From Armatimonadota bacterium (lineage in GTDB: Bacteria > Armatimonadota > SYMT01), in NCBI GenBank assembly GCA_046292385.1, contig JBKBRF010000003.1, positions 178,231-242,230 on the forward strand: DNA of 64,000 nt. The letters run 5' to 3'. The translations under genes and the position numbers were made by a program. Positions 18,238 to 29,704 of the stretch are shown one piece after another. Position 1 is the first letter of the stretch; each line of letters starts with the position of its first letter. The notes under the pieces are model-generated. The model had not been told where the DNA came from, did not search any database, and saw nothing but the letters and a program-made list of their open reading frames with translations.

Positions 18238-19032
18238 ATGAAACAGATAATCGCCCTCGCCGGGATCAGCCTGTTCCTGGCCACCGGCTCCGCCGCGGCA
18301 CCGGGCGCAAAGCCGGCGCCCAAGAAGCCGGCAAAGCCCGCCGTGCCGACCGCGGCCGCCAAGATGGCCTTCACCGACGCGGCCTCCACCTGGGGAGACA
18401 TCCAGGTCCAGGTGAAGGACCTGGCACAACTGATCCAGGAGAAGCGCCTGGACGAGGTGCACCCCGTCGCGTTCGAGATCCGGGACCTGGTCCGCACCCT
18501 GCCGGACAAGAGCAAGTCGCTCCCGGCCGCCGGCATGAAGAAGCTGGAAGCGCAGGTCCGGGTGATGGACCGTCTCGCGGAGCAGCTCGACCGATACGCG
18601 GACGCGGGGAAGCAGCCGGAGACGGCGCGCCAGCAGCAGGCGGTGCTCCGCGCCCTCGGCACCATCAAAGCGCTCTACCCGGCGGGTGTGCTGACCAGCC
18701 AGCCCCCCGCGGCGCCCGCGGCTTCGAAGGACCGGCAGCTCTACCTGACCCCGGGCGGCGCCTATACCGAAGCGGACATTAAGGCGAACGGCAGCCAGCT
18801 GCCGTCCCAGAAGTTCCGCGGCGTGCGGGTGAACCACGATCTGAAGCCGGCGGTGGGAGACCGCATCTGCCCGATCACCCTCACCAAGGCGAACCCCGGC
18901 TATAGCTGGGTGATTGGCGGGAAGGAGTACCTCTTCTGCTGCCCGCCGTGCCTGGAAGAGTTCCTCACGCTCGCCAAGAAGGACCCCGCGGCGATCAAGC
19001 CGCCGGAGACCTACGTCAAGCAGGCGCCGTAG
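18238..19032 (+). CDS. exported protein with helical domain and C-terminal YHS/TRASH-like domain
   Basis: signal peptide; CPIT..YLFCCPPC..F..DP. Confidence 0.8.
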   Translation: MKQIIALAGISLFLATGSAAAPGAKPAPKKPAKPAVPTAAAKMAFTDAASTWGDIQVQVKDLAQLIQEKRLDEVHPVAFEIRDLVRTLPDKSKSLPAAGMKKLEAQVRVMDRLAEQLDRYADAGKQPETARQQQAVLRALGTIKALYPAGVLTSQPPAAPAASKDRQLYLTPGGAYTEADIKANGSQLPSQKFRGVRVNHDLKPAVGDRICPITLTKANPGYSWVIGGKEYLFCCPPCLEEFLTLAKKDPAAIKPPETYVKQAP

Positions 19033-19094
19033 CGCCCACTCATCCATTTCCTCCCGCCGGGCTCTCCGGCGGGAGCCTTCAAGGAGTAAGCGAA

Positions 19095-19484
19095 ATGTTG
19101 TGGAAGAAGAACCCCCTGCTGCTCGCCGCGGCAGCCCTGGCAGCGGCGCTGGTCGTCCCGGCCGCAGCGGAGAAGAGCAAGCCGGCCCCGAAAGCCGCAC
19201 TGAGCTGCCCGGTGATGAAGGCCCCGATCCCGGACAAGGCGGACGCCGGATTCGCCACCGTCAATAACGAGCCGGTCTACGTCTGCTGCCCCGGCTGCAT
19301 CGGAGCGATCAAGAAAGAGCCGGCCAAGTACCTGAAGAAGGTGAAGGATCCGGTCACCGGCAAGCCGTTCACCGTCACCGCGAAGACGCCGAAGGTGGAG
19401 CACGGCGACGGCCTCTTCCTCTTCGCGAGCACGAAGAGCCGGGACACCTTCCAGGCGAACCCCGCTCGCTACACCCGCCGCTAA
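19095..19484 (+). CDS. exported tandem YHS-domain protein
   Basis: CPVM..YVCCPGC..EPAKY and DPVTG..FAS..FQANPARY; AAGGAG SD. Confidence 0.82.
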   Translation: MLWKKNPLLLAAAALAAALVVPAAAEKSKPAPKAALSCPVMKAPIPDKADAGFATVNNEPVYVCCPGCIGAIKKEPAKYLKKVKDPVTGKPFTVTAKTPKVEHGDGLFLFASTKSRDTFQANPARYTRR

Positions 19485-19492
19485 CGGGATTC

Positions 19493-19676
19493 TTCGACAC
19501 AGAGGGACACAGAAGAACCGACAGAGGAACACAGATTGAACACCAGAGTGGTGCCGGGGGCGACTACTCCACCATGACGGTTCGCCCGGTCTGAGTCTAG
19601 AGTTCCGGAGATCTCTGTTCGCGGCGAAGCCGCTCTGTGCGTGTCTGTTGGTTCGTCTGTGTCCCTCTGTGTCGAA
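19493..19676. repeat. MITE-like element with ACACAGAG-type inverted arms
   Basis: TTCGACACAGAGGGACACAGA... / ...TCTGTGTCCCTCTGTGTCGAA. Confidence 0.8.
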
Positions 19677-19771
19677 AAACCGGAACCCGAAACCCACGCG
19701 GCGGCGCGTCGTCTGAATGGGCAAACCACTCTCGTCTACCCTCTCTGCCTTCGGGCCCCGGAGGAGTCGCC

Positions 19772-20803
19772 ATGTCTGAGATGAAGAAGCCCGCCGCGTG
19801 CCCGGACTGCGAGCTCTCGCGGCGCCAGTTCCTGAAGACGGCCGGCGTCGCCGCGGTCGCCGCGGCCGCCGCGCCCGTGTTCGCCACCGCGCGGGTGGGC
19901 GCCGCACCGGCCGCGGGCAGCCAGGACACGCTGGTGTCGCAGCTCTACGGCACGCTGAACAACGCGCAGAAGTCGGCGGTCTGCTTCGGCTGGGACCATC
20001 CCCGCCGCCAGATGATCGCCAACAACTGGATGATCGTGCCCCAGACGATCGGCAAGTTCTACACGCCGGACCAGCAGGAGCTGATCACCGCGATCTTCAA
20101 GAGCGCCCACTCGGAAGAATGGGTGAGCCAGCGGCTGAAGCAGATGACCGACGACTCCGGCCCGGAAGGCCTCAAGGCGTACAGCATCGCCATGTTCGGC
20201 ACCCCCGGCTCCGGCAAGTTCGAGTGGGTGCTCACCGGTCGCCACCTGACGCTGCGCGTCGACGGCGACAGCGAGCCGGGCGTCGCCTTCGGCGGGCCGA
20301 TCTTCTACGGCCACGCCGCCCAGGGCTTCGATGAGAAAGCGGATCATCCGGGCAACGTCTACTGGTACCAGGCCCTGCGCGCCAACGAGGTCTTCAAGGC
20401 GCTCGACGGCAAGCAGCGGGAGAAGGCGCTGCAGACCGGCGACATCCCGGGCGAGAGCCCGCAGGTGCTCGTCTCCCGCGCGGCGGAGCAGCGCGCCGGC
20501 CTGCCGGTGGCCCAGATGACCCGCGACCAGCGCGAGCTGGTGGAGAAGGTGCTCGCCGACCTCCTCGCCCCGATGAGCCCGAAGGACCAGTCGGAGGCCC
20601 GCCGCTACCTGCAGGCGAACGGCGGCGTGGAGAGCCTCCACATGGCGTTCTACAAGCAGGGCGACATCGGCAACGACGGCGTCTGGGACGTCTGGCGCCT
20701 GGAAGGTCCGGCGATGAGCTGGTACTTCCGCGGCGAGCCGCACGTCCACACCTGGGCGTGGCTCGGCGAGAAGCCGCTCGCCACCGCCCCTCCCGGACCG
20801 TAA
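19772..20803 (+). CDS. DUF3500 domain protein (Tat)
   Basis: SRRQFLK, FGTPGSGKFEWVLTGRHLT, WRLEGP..FRGEPHVH. Confidence 0.85.
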   Translation: MSEMKKPAACPDCELSRRQFLKTAGVAAVAAAAAPVFATARVGAAPAAGSQDTLVSQLYGTLNNAQKSAVCFGWDHPRRQMIANNWMIVPQTIGKFYTPDQQELITAIFKSAHSEEWVSQRLKQMTDDSGPEGLKAYSIAMFGTPGSGKFEWVLTGRHLTLRVDGDSEPGVAFGGPIFYGHAAQGFDEKADHPGNVYWYQALRANEVFKALDGKQREKALQTGDIPGESPQVLVSRAAEQRAGLPVAQMTRDQRELVEKVLADLLAPMSPKDQSEARRYLQANGGVESLHMAFYKQGDIGNDGVWDVWRLEGPAMSWYFRGEPHVHTWAWLGEKPLATAPPGP

Positions 20804-20807
20804 CCCA

Positions 20808-21248
20808 GTGAGCGGTCTCCCTGACACGGGGCCAAGCGGAAACTTACCCCCCGGCATCTGGCGGGCCACCGCCGACGAGCTACTAACCCGTTTCGGAGTT
20901 TCCAACGCTCGTCGGCGGCACCTCGCTTCCCGTTTCAGCGACCTGCTAAATGACACTCTGAAGACCGGTAAGCTCCGTCGAGTACTTGTGTGGGGTAGTT
21001 TCGTTTCCGACGAGCCGTTCCCCGGAGACATCGATGTCTTGTTGGTCATGGTGACCGGCTTCCAAACCGACACGTTGCCGCCGGACCAGCGTGCGCCGTT
21101 CGACTACGGAGAAGCTAAACTGACCTACGGATGTGACGTCTTCTGGGTGCGCGAAGACATCGGACACGATGCTCTGGGCCTAATGCTGGACGTGTATCAG
21201 ACGGACCGTAACCAGTGCCCGCGAGGGATAGTCGAGGTGACCCTTTGA
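20808..21248 (+). CDS. DUF6932-like nucleotidyltransferase-fold protein
   Basis: GNLPPGI, GSFVS..PGDIDV, RGIVEV; visibly lower GC than neighbours. Confidence 0.78.
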   Translation: MSGLPDTGPSGNLPPGIWRATADELLTRFGVSNARRRHLASRFSDLLNDTLKTGKLRRVLVWGSFVSDEPFPGDIDVLLVMVTGFQTDTLPPDQRAPFDYGEAKLTYGCDVFWVREDIGHDALGLMLDVYQTDRNQCPRGIVEVTL

Positions 21249-21445
21249 TCCGAAATGACGATGACCTTCGCGTAGCCCATGAAAACGTGCGGAAGCTGGA
21301 GCTGTTCCTGGCGGCCGCGCGCCGAACCCACGCACCGGGGGATTACACCCGAATGGCCGAACCGTTCCTGCTGGAGCTTCAGGAGCGCCAGCGCGAGATC
21401 GTGAGTTACTTGAGTGCCGCACATCCGCAAGATGCCGCCGCCTGA
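21245..21445 (+). CDS. small helical partner protein (antitoxin-like)
   Basis: TTG start overlapping upstream TGA, GAGGTG SD; MIRNDDDL.. Confidence 0.68.
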   Translation: MIRNDDDLRVAHENVRKLELFLAAARRTHAPGDYTRMAEPFLLELQERQREIVSYLSAAHPQDAAA

Positions 21446-21549
21446 GTTGAAGTAGGGACGGGTCGCTCACGAGAGGCGTCTCCTTCGGGGGCGCCTCTGG
21501 TTGATTCTACTGCCGCGTCCCGCACAGCCGACGCGCCGGGGAGAATTTG

Positions 21550-21810
21550 ATGCGAGACAGCGGGTGCCCGTTCAGAGAGGTGAGCCTCAAGCCGCTTTTT
21601 GGCGGGTTGCTCGCGCTGCTGCTGGTGCTGGTCTGCACCGGTCTCGGCGCCTTTGGAACGGGAGCCGCCGTTCTGACCCTCCTTTTGGTGAGCCCGCCGG
21701 GCGACCCAGCCTGGAATGGAGTGCTGCTCGACTGCGCGGTGTGGGGCGGCGCCGGGCTCGGTGTGGTGATCGGCTGCCTCTGGGCCCGCGCGATCCTTCG
21801 CTCCCGTTAA
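21550..21810 (+). CDS. small membrane protein
   Basis: hydrophobic segments; start uncertain. Confidence 0.45.
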   Translation: MRDSGCPFREVSLKPLFGGLLALLLVLVCTGLGAFGTGAAVLTLLLVSPPGDPAWNGVLLDCAVWGGAGLGVVIGCLWARAILRSR

Positions 21811-21828
21811 CCTGCCCTCCGGCCTGCG

Positions 21829-22032
21829 ATGCGCGATCCCGAGACATTCCAGATCGCCCGGCTGCTGGTGGGCAGCCTTTTCGCCATCGTCGGGCTGGCC
21901 TTGATGCGCGGCTACCAACTGCACGGGTGGCTCGGCGGGGGCGAGTGGAGGGAGGGCTTCGGGCTCGGGGCCGTTCTCGGCCTCGTCGGCCTTGGCCTGA
22001 TGGCGGACCTCCTCCTGAAGAAGACTCGATAA
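21829..22032 (+). CDS. small membrane protein
   Basis: two hydrophobic helices, basic C-terminus. Confidence 0.5.
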   Translation: MRDPETFQIARLLVGSLFAIVGLALMRGYQLHGWLGGGEWREGFGLGAVLGLVGLGLMADLLLKKTR

Positions 22033-22275
22033 CACCCGCCCGCGGGCTGCCTCCGGAAACGTTGGTATCTGGAACAATTCCAGCTAGAAAGGGGGTAAGA
22101 GCCTATACGAACCGGCTCGGTTGTTAGCGAAGCCGAGCGAGAGACGACGCATGGTCGGCTCCCGGCTGCAGCCAGGCAGGTCGGTTCGGATAGGCTCCAA
22201 GAACGGTGCAGGTGAACGCTCCACGGAAGAGTGTCGCCGTTCCCCAGGGCCCGAGTGTCATCCCGGCAGCCCCTC

Positions 22276-25200
22276 ATGAGTCAACCATTCCCGGATCCTC
22301 TCGAGCTGTTGACGGGCGCCGCGGAGAGCCTGCTTTCCAACCGAGAGCCCGCGCAGCTGGTGCCGGCGATCCTGGACACCTCGGAGCGCCTCTTCCAGGC
22401 CGACGCCTACGCCATCTGGCGCTACTTTCCGGAAGATCGGGAGTGGCGAGCGATTGCGGACCGGAACCTCTCCCCGGAGTATGTCCGCCGCGCGCCGGAG
22501 GGGGACTGGAAGCTGCTGCCGGACCACCCCGTCTTTACGCCGGACGTGCTCGGCGAGCCGCGCCTGGCGGTCCGCCGCGCCGCGTACGAGGCGGAAGGGG
22601 TCCGCTCGATGCTCTACCTGCCGCTGCGGATCTGCGGAGTGAAGGCGGGCACCATCGTCTTCTACTTCCGGCAGCCGCGGGAGCTGAGCGAGCCCGAGAT
22701 TCGGCTCGCCCGGCTGCTCTCCAACCTGTCGGCGGCGGCGCTCACCAACGCGGAGACGTTCCAGACGCAGCGGCGAGCCACCGAGGCGGCGAGCCGCGCA
22801 GAGCGGCGCCTGCAGTTCCTGGCGGAAGCGAGCGCGGTGCTGGCGGCCTCGCTCGACCTGGACGAGACGCTCCGGCACGTGGCGCGCCTGGCGGTGCCGC
22901 ACCTGGCCGACTGGTGCACCATCCACCTGCAAGAGGAAGGCGTAGAGATCCGGCTGGCGGCGGTGGCCCACGCCGATCCCGAAAAGGTCCGGATGGCGGA
23001 GCAGCTCACCGCGCGGTATCCCGTCGATACAAGCCAGCCGCGCGGCATCGGGCAAGTGCTGCGCACGGGAGAGCCGGAGCTCTTTCCGGAGGTGCCGGAC
23101 GAGCTGCTCGTTCAGCGCGCCCGGGACCCGGAGCACCTGGAGCTGCTGCGCGGCGTCGGCTTCCGCGCCTGCATCATGGCGCCGCTCCGGCTGCGGGACC
23201 GCACCCTCGGCGTGCTCACCTTCATCTCCGCCGAGTCCGGCCACGCGTACGACGAAGGCGATCTCCGTGTCGCGGAAGCGCTCGCCGCGCGCGCCGCCTC
23301 CGCGATCGAGAACGCCAGGCTCTTCCGCCAGAGCCAGCAGGCGCTCGCCGGCGCCCGCGCCGCGGAGGACGCGCTCCGGCGCACCGCCACGCACCTCCGC
23401 CTCGCTGTCAGCCATTCCCACCTGGGGGACTGGAGCTGGGACGCGGCGACCGACCTGGTCGACTTCTCTCCCCGCGCGGCCGAGATCTTCGGCATCCCGC
23501 CCGGCCCGCAGCTCACCTGGACCGCCATGCAGGCGCTGCTCCACCCGGAGGACCGCGAGCGGGCGCGCCGCGAGGTGGAGCGGGTGGTGGCGGAGCGGGG
23601 CGACTACGAGATCGAGTACCGCATCCTGCATCCCGACGCCGCCGAGCGGTGGGTCCGGGCCACCGGCCGCGCCACCTATTCGTCCTCCGGTCAGGTGGAA
23701 GGGATGACCGGCCTGGTGGAGGACGTCACCGACCGCCGGGAGGCGGAAGCGGCGCTGCGCGCCAGCGATGAGCGGTATCGCACCTTCGTGGCGCAAAGCA
23801 GCGAGGGGATCTGGCGCTTTGAGCTGGACCAGCCGATCGCGACCTCTCTTCCTCCGGAGGCGCAGGTGGAGGCGATCTTCGAGCGCGCCTACCTGGCCGA
23901 GTGCAACGACGCGATGGCGCGGATGTACGGTTTCACCGCCGCAGAGGAGCTAGTGGGCGCACGGCTCACCGACCTGATGGATCCCGGCGATCCGCAGAAC
24001 TCCGATTACCTCCGTGCCTTTGTCGAGAGCGGTTATCACCTTTCCGAAGCGGAGTCGCACGAGCTCGACCGTTACGGCGACCCGGTCATCCTGAGCAACA
24101 ACCTCATCGGGATCGTGGAAGACGGGACGATTGTGCGCGCCTGGGGTACGCAGCGGGACATCACCGCGCAGCGGCGGGCGGAGCAGGCGCTTCGGGACAG
24201 CGAGGAGCGCCTGCTCGTCGCCACCCGCGCCGCCGGCATCGGCACGTTTGACTGGCATGTCCCCACCGGCCGCGTGATCCGCTCCGAACAGGAGCTGCGG
24301 CTTTTCGGCCTCGATCCCGACAGCGAGGGTTACACCGGTACGTCCGAGGACTGGAAGCGGGCGCTGGTGCCGGAAGATCTGGAGTGGGTCAGCGCGACGA
24401 TCTCCCAGGCTCTGGAGGAGGGGCGGCAGGAGATCGACATCGCCTATCGGATTGTCTGCCCGAACGGGGAGATCCGGTGGATCGAGGGCTCGGCGCGGGT
24501 GCTCTACGACGCAGAGCGCAAGCCGCTCCGGATGGTGGGGGTGAACTATGACACGACGGAGCGCCACCGCCTGGAAGAGGAGCTGCGCCATCGCGTAGCG
24601 GAGCTGCGGCAGGAGACTCGACGCAAGGACGAGTTCCTGGCAATGCTGGCGCACGAGCTGCGCAACCCGCTGGCGCCGATCGTCACGGCCTCGGAGATCA
24701 TCCGCCTGCGCGCCCTGGAGGACGCGGTGCTCGCGCGCCAGCGCGAGACCATCGAACGCAACGCGCAGCACCTGGCCCGGCTCGTCGACGACCTGCTCGA
24801 GGTCTCCCGGATCAACGAGGGGAAGATCGAGCTGCGCCGTGAGCGAATGCACCTGCAGGACGTGGTAGAGCAGGCGGTCTCCGCCGTGCAGGGCCAGGTC
24901 GAGAGCCGCGATCAGGAGCTGACGGTGTCGCTGCCGCCGGAGCCGATCGAGCTGAACGCGGACCCCACGCGCCTGGTCCAGGTGTTCGTGAACCTGCTCC
25001 AGAACGCCAGCAAGTACACCGATCGGTGCGGCAGCCTGTCACTCGCGGCGCAGCTCGAGGGGAAGGAAGCGGTGATCCGGGTGCGGGATACCGGCCGCGG
25101 CATCCCGCCGGAGCTCCTCCCATGCATCTTCGACCTCTTCGTGCAGGGAGAGCGCTCACTCGCGCGCACGGAGGGCGGCCTGGGCATCGGGCTCACGCTG

Positions 25201-25731
25201 GTGAAGCGGCTGGTCGAGCTTCACGACGGCACCGTCTCGGCGCGCAGCGAGGGCCCCGGCCGCGGCGCGGAGCTCGAGGTGCGCCTCCCGTCCGCGGCCC
25301 CGTCCACTCCCGTTGAAAGTGAGGTGGAGCAGCAGAGCCCGCCCACGGTTGGCGGCCGGCGCGTGCTGGTGGTGGAAGACAACCACGACGCGGCGGAGAC
25401 GCTCTCGGATCTCCTTCGCCTCTGGGGACACGAGGTAGAGGTCGCCTCCCACGGACGGGCGGCGCTGGAGCTGGCCCTGGCGTTCGAGCCCGCCATCGTG
25501 CTGCTCGACATCGGCCTGCCGGACCTCGACGGATACGAGGTCGCCCGGCTCCTGCAGGAAGAGCTGGCGGTGCGGGCGCTGCTGGTCGCCCTGACCGGCT
25601 ATGGCCGGGAAGAGGACCGGAGGCGGGCGCTGGAGGCGGGCTTCCACGCCCACCTGGTCAAGCCGGTCGACGCGGAGGAGCTTCGACAGCTTCTCACGCG
25701 GCCGGAGCAGCGCCGCTCCGCCGCTCAGTAA
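22276..25731 (+). CDS. hybrid sensor histidine kinase (GAF-GAF-PAS x3-HisKA-HATPase-REC)
   Basis: [46 protein letters not shown]. Confidence 0.95.
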   Translation: MSQPFPDPLELLTGAAESLLSNREPAQLVPAILDTSERLFQADAYAIWRYFPEDREWRAIADRNLSPEYVRRAPEGDWKLLPDHPVFTPDVLGEPRLAVRRAAYEAEGVRSMLYLPLRICGVKAGTIVFYFRQPRELSEPEIRLARLLSNLSAAALTNAETFQTQRRATEAASRAERRLQFLAEASAVLAASLDLDETLRHVARLAVPHLADWCTIHLQEEGVEIRLAAVAHADPEKVRMAEQLTARYPVDTSQPRGIGQVLRTGEPELFPEVPDELLVQRARDPEHLELLRGVGFRACIMAPLRLRDRTLGVLTFISAESGHAYDEGDLRVAEALAARAASAIENARLFRQSQQALAGARAAEDALRRTATHLRLAVSHSHLGDWSWDAATDLVDFSPRAAEIFGIPPGPQLTWTAMQALLHPEDRERARREVERVVAERGDYEIEYRILHPDAAERWVRATGRATYSSSGQVEGMTGLVEDVTDRREAEAALRASDERYRTFVAQSSEGIWRFELDQPIATSLPPEAQVEAIFERAYLAECNDAMARMYGFTAAEELVGARLTDLMDPGDPQNSDYLRAFVESGYHLSEAESHELDRYGDPVILSNNLIGIVEDGTIVRAWGTQRDITAQRRAEQALRDSEERLLVATRAAGIGTFDWHVPTGRVIRSEQELRLFGLDPDSEGYTGTSEDWKRALVPEDLEWVSATISQALEEGRQEIDIAYRIVCPNGEIRWIEGSARVLYDAERKPLRMVGVNYDTTERHRLEEELRHRVAELRQETRRKDEFLAMLAHELRNPLAPIVTASEIIRLRALEDAVLARQRETIERNAQHLARLVDDLLEVSRINEGKIELRRERMHLQDVVEQAVSAVQGQVESRDQELTVSLPPEPIELNADPTRLVQVFVNLLQNASKYTDRCGSLSLAAQLEGKEAVIRVRDTGRGIPPELLPCIFDLFVQGERSLARTEGGLGIGLTLVKRLVELHDGTVSARSEGPGRGAELEVRLPSAAPSTPVESEVEQQSPPTVGGRRVLVVEDNHDAAETLSDLLRLWGHEVEVASHGRAALELALAFEPAIVLLDIGLPDLDGYEVARLLQEELAVRALLVALTGYGREEDRRRALEAGFHAHLVKPVDAEELRQLLTRPEQRRSAAQ

Positions 25732-28640
25732 GCCGGCGAGTCGCTGGCCGGGAACGACTCGATCGAGTTCTGATCCACCAGTGCGTCGGTCGGGTGGCTT
25801 CCCGGAGTGCTCTGCGGCGTCGCATCGATCGCACCCGGCACCTCGTGAACGCCCCCGCGGCCCTCGGCAAGCTGCCGCAGCACGTACTGCAGGATGCCGC
25901 CGTGCCGGTAGTAAAGCGCTTCCTGCGGCGTGTCGATCCGCGCCGCGACCGTAAACTCCCGCGTGGAGCCGTCCTCACCTCGGGCGCGAACCCGCACCTC
26001 GCGCGGGGCAGCGGCCTCGGGGTGAGTGGCGTCCGAGAGGCCGGCGAGCTCGAAGGTCTCCCGGCCGGTCAGCCCGAGCGTCTCGACCGAGTCCCCCGCG
26101 CGGAACTGCAGCGGCAGGATGCCCATGCCGATCAGGTTGGAGCGGTGGATCCGCTCGTAGCTTTCCGCCAGCACCGCGCGGATCCCCTGGAGCGCCGGGC
26201 CCTTGGCGGCCCAGTCGCGGCTGGAGCCGGACCCGTACTCCCGGCCCGCCAGCACCAGGAGCGGCGTACCGGCCTCCCGGTAGCGCTCCGCGGCCTCGTA
26301 GATCGTCAGCACCTCTCCGGTGGGGAAGTGGGTGGTGAAGCCGCCCTCCATCTCCGGCGCCAGCCGGTTCCGAATGCGGACGTTGGCGAACGTACCGCGG
26401 ACCATCACCTCGTGGTTGCCGCGCCGGGCGCCGTACGAGTTGAAGTCTTTCGTCTCGACCCCATGCTCCAGCAGGTACCGGCCGGCCGGCGAGTCGCGGC
26501 GGATGCTGCCGGCCGGGGAGATATGGTCGGTGGTGACGCTGTCTCCGAGCAGCGCGATGACGCGGGCGCCGGACACGTCGGGCACGCGGTCCGGCGCCCG
26601 GCGCGGTAGGCTCTCCAGGAAGGGCGGGCGCTTGATATAGGTGGAGGCCGGGTCCCACTGGAACCGCTCGCCGCCCGGAGCCGGCAGGGAGCGCCAGACT
26701 TCGTCGCCGGCGTAGACCTCCGCGTAGCTCCGCCGGAACATCTCCGACTCGATTGCCCGCTCCATCGTCGCCCGGATCTCCTCCCGGCCGGGCCAGATAT
26801 CCCGCAGGAAGACCGGCTGCCCGTCGGCACCGGTGCCGAGCGGCTCGTTTGCCGGGTCCCAGTCCATCCGCCCCGCCAGCGCGTAGGCAATCACCAGCGG
26901 CGGCGACATCAGGTAGTTGGCGCGCACCTCCGAGTGGATGCGGCCCTCGAAGTTGCGGTTGCCGGAGAGGACGGAGCAGACCACCAGGTGCCGCGCCGCG
27001 ATCGCCTCGGAAACCGGGGCGGGGAGCGGGCCGGAGTTGCCGATGCAGGTGGCGCAGCCGTAGCCGACCAGGTGAAAGCCGAGCTCCTCCAGGTACGGAG
27101 TCAGGCCCCCGCGCTCCAGGTAGTCGGTCACCACCATGGAGCCGGGGGCGAGCGAGGTCTTCACCCACGGCTTCGGCCGAAGCCCCCGCTCCGCCGCCTT
27201 GCGCGCCAGCAGCCCCGCGCCCAGCATCACGCTCGGGTTGGAGGTGTTCGTGCAGCTCGTAATGGAGGCGATCACCACCGCGCCGTGGTCGAGCTGCCCC
27301 GCGCCGTAGTCGTTGGCCGATTCGGCCTCCGCCCGCGATTCCTCGCCCCACACGCCTTCTGCCGCCGGCGTGCCGGGGACGCCCACCGCCGCGTTCTTCT
27401 GGGTCAACACGGGGAACGGCGACGGCCGCAGGCTCTCCAGCGCTCCGCGGAACGCCTGGCTGGCCCCGGAGAGCGGGACCCGGTCCTGCGGACGGCGGGG
27501 ACCGGCGATACTCGGCTCTACGGAGGCGAGGTCGAGCGCCAGGGTATCGGTGAAGACCGGCTCCGGAGCGCCGGCAGAGTGGAACAGGCCCTGCTCCTTC
27601 ATGTAGGTCTCCACCAGGGCGACCCGCTCCTCGGGCCGGCCGGTGAAGCGCAGGTAGCGCAGCGTCTCCTCGTCTACCGGGAAGATCGCGCAGGTGGCGC
27701 CGTACTCCGGCGACATGTTGCCGATGGTGGCGCGGTCCGCCAGCGCGACGCTCCCAACCCCAGGGCCGTAGAACTCGACGAACTTGCCGACCACCCCCTT
27801 CTTCCGGAGCATCTCGGTGACGGTGAGCACCAGGTCGGTCGCCGTTGCTCCTTCCCGGAGCGAGCCCTCCAGCCGGAAGCCGATCACCTGGGGCGTGAGC
27901 ATGGAGATCTGCTGCCCCAGCATCGCGGCCTCCGCCTCCAGGCCGCCGACGCCCCAGCCGAGCACGCCCAGGCCGTTCACCATCGGCGTGTGGGAGTCGG
28001 TGCCGACCAGCGTGTCCGGGTACGCGAGCGGGTAGTCGCCGGCTGGTGAGGCGGGGTTCTCGTCCGAGGTAAAGACGACTCGCGCCAGGTACTCCAGGTT
28101 CACCTGGTGGCAGATCCCGGTGTAGGGGGGGACCACTTTGAAGTTGCCGAACGACTGCTGCGCCCACCGGAGCAGCGTGTACCGCTCCGTATTGCGCCCG
28201 TAGTCGAGCTCCCGGTTGATCCGGAGCGCGTCCGGCGAGCCGTAGACGTCGACCTGCATCGAGTGGTCGATCACCAGCTCCACCGGCAGCAGCGGGTTGA
28301 TGAGCCCCGGATCGCCGCCCAGCTCCGCCATCGCGTCCCGCATCGCGGCCAGGTCGACCACGGCCGGCACGCCGGTGAAGTCCTGCATCAACACCCGCGC
28401 CGGCATGAACGCGATCTCCCGCCCGTCCGGCACCGCCGGGTCCCACCGGGCCAGCGCCTCGACGTCCGCCGCCGTCACGGAGACCCCGTCTTCCTGGCGA
28501 AGCAGGTTCTCCAGCAGGATGCGGAGCGAGTAAGGAAGGCGCCCGATCGAGAGGCCCGCCTCTTCCAGCGCGGCGAGGCGGAAGATCTCGAAGGTGCGGC
28601 CGGCGGCGGTGACCGTGGAGCGGGCGCCGAAGCTGTTCAC
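25725..28640 (-). CDS. acnA: aconitate hydratase A
   Basis: [46 protein letters not shown] with AGGAGG SD. Confidence 0.96.
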   Translation of the reverse strand: MNSFGARSTVTAAGRTFEIFRLAALEEAGLSIGRLPYSLRILLENLLRQEDGVSVTAADVEALARWDPAVPDGREIAFMPARVLMQDFTGVPAVVDLAAMRDAMAELGGDPGLINPLLPVELVIDHSMQVDVYGSPDALRINRELDYGRNTERYTLLRWAQQSFGNFKVVPPYTGICHQVNLEYLARVVFTSDENPASPAGDYPLAYPDTLVGTDSHTPMVNGLGVLGWGVGGLEAEAAMLGQQISMLTPQVIGFRLEGSLREGATATDLVLTVTEMLRKKGVVGKFVEFYGPGVGSVALADRATIGNMSPEYGATCAIFPVDEETLRYLRFTGRPEERVALVETYMKEQGLFHSAGAPEPVFTDTLALDLASVEPSIAGPRRPQDRVPLSGASQAFRGALESLRPSPFPVLTQKNAAVGVPGTPAAEGVWGEESRAEAESANDYGAGQLDHGAVVIASITSCTNTSNPSVMLGAGLLARKAAERGLRPKPWVKTSLAPGSMVVTDYLERGGLTPYLEELGFHLVGYGCATCIGNSGPLPAPVSEAIAARHLVVCSVLSGNRNFEGRIHSEVRANYLMSPPLVIAYALAGRMDWDPANEPLGTGADGQPVFLRDIWPGREEIRATMERAIESEMFRRSYAEVYAGDEVWRSLPAPGGERFQWDPASTYIKRPPFLESLPRRAPDRVPDVSGARVIALLGDSVTTDHISPAGSIRRDSPAGRYLLEHGVETKDFNSYGARRGNHEVMVRGTFANVRIRNRLAPEMEGGFTTHFPTGEVLTIYEAAERYREAGTPLLVLAGREYGSGSSRDWAAKGPALQGIRAVLAESYERIHRSNLIGMGILPLQFRAGDSVETLGLTGRETFELAGLSDATHPEAAAPREVRVRARGEDGSTREFTVAARIDTPQEALYYRHGGILQYVLRQLAEGRGGVHEVPGAIDATPQSTPGSHPTDALVDQNSIESFPASDSPAY

Positions 28641-28869
28641 ACGTCCTCCTCCGGGAGCGCTCCGGAGTCGCTCCCGGAGAGTGCCTGCCCGCGCCCCGCG
28701 CCGTGACAAACACGATCTTCTCCGGCGAACGCACGGCGCCGCACGTGCCGCGAGCCGGCGGCGCTCCCGCGGGCCGCCCGGCGTTTCAGCACCTCCCGCG
28801 CGCGGGATAGACCTTGCGGAGGCACTCCCTGCAGCCGGCCGCGGCGCCGCTGCCGGAGGGACCGACGAG

Positions 28870-29256
28870 ATGAAGCTCATCCCCACCTGGGTTCACGGGA
28901 TCATGGACTATTCGATGGCGGTGCTGTTCTTCGCCCTGCCATTTCTCTTCCACTGGGGAGGGCGGGCTACTGTCATCCTCACGCTGCTGGCGATCGGCAC
29001 CGTGGTCTACAGCCTGTTGACCCGCTACGAGCTCGGCGCGATCAAGATGCTGCCGATGCGGGCGCACCTGGGGCTCGACTTCCTCGCGGGAGTCGTCCTC
29101 GTGGTGCTGGCGCTGTTCCTCACGCCGGAGCCTGCCGGCGTTCGGCTCGCCCTCGGCGTCATCGGGCTGATCGAGATCGGCGCCGCGCTGCTGACCGAGC
29201 CCGAGTCGAGCGTGGAGCGCCGCCCGGACACCGGGCCGCGAGCGCGGGGAACATAG
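28870..29256 (+). CDS. SPW-repeat-like four-TM membrane protein
   Basis: [25 protein letters not shown]. Confidence 0.78.
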   Translation: MKLIPTWVHGIMDYSMAVLFFALPFLFHWGGRATVILTLLAIGTVVYSLLTRYELGAIKMLPMRAHLGLDFLAGVVLVVLALFLTPEPAGVRLALGVIGLIEIGAALLTEPESSVERRPDTGPRARGT

Positions 29257-29269
29257 GGTTGGAGGGATG

Positions 29270-29700
29270 AACGATGAGGGATGAGGGCTGCTAAAGGCAA
29301 AAGGCTGAAGGCTAAAGGCTAAAGCCGAACCATTCGTTAGCGGGAGGTCCTGCTCCTACTCTTGCTCCTGCTCGCTGGCGACCCCCGGGGCTTCCGGCGC
29401 GGCCTCGCCAAGCCGGCCCTGCCCGGGTATGGCCTCCGGAGTCTCCCGCCCCTCCAGGGCGGGACGTGGCAGCGGCTCCGAATCCGGGGGCTGCGCTGCG
29501 CTGACCCCCGGCTATCCTCTCGCGCCCCTCCGGGGCGCCACCGCACCCCAACGTCGAGTCCGGGGGCGGCGCTCCGCTTCGCCCCCGGCTATCGTCTCGC
29601 GCCCCTCCGGGGCGCCATCCTCGCCGCGCTCCGTCTCTCCGTCCCTCTGTCCCTCTGTCTCCGAAGGTCTCTCCGTCTCCGAAGGTCTCTCCGTCTTCCC
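29270..29700. repeat. compound repeat region: tandem REP-like units (29483-29540, 29559-29617) and short tandem repeats
   Basis: TCCGGGGG..CCCCCGGCTATC.TCTCGCGCCCCTCCGGGGCGCCA x2; AAGGCT, TGCTC and CCGTCTCT/GTCCCTCT runs. Confidence 0.75.
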
Positions 29701-29704
29701 AGGA

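Noticed and set aside
29270..29700. CRISPR array
   Set aside because: Only two long imperfect units plus microsatellite-like runs; no regular repeat-spacer period and no cas genes
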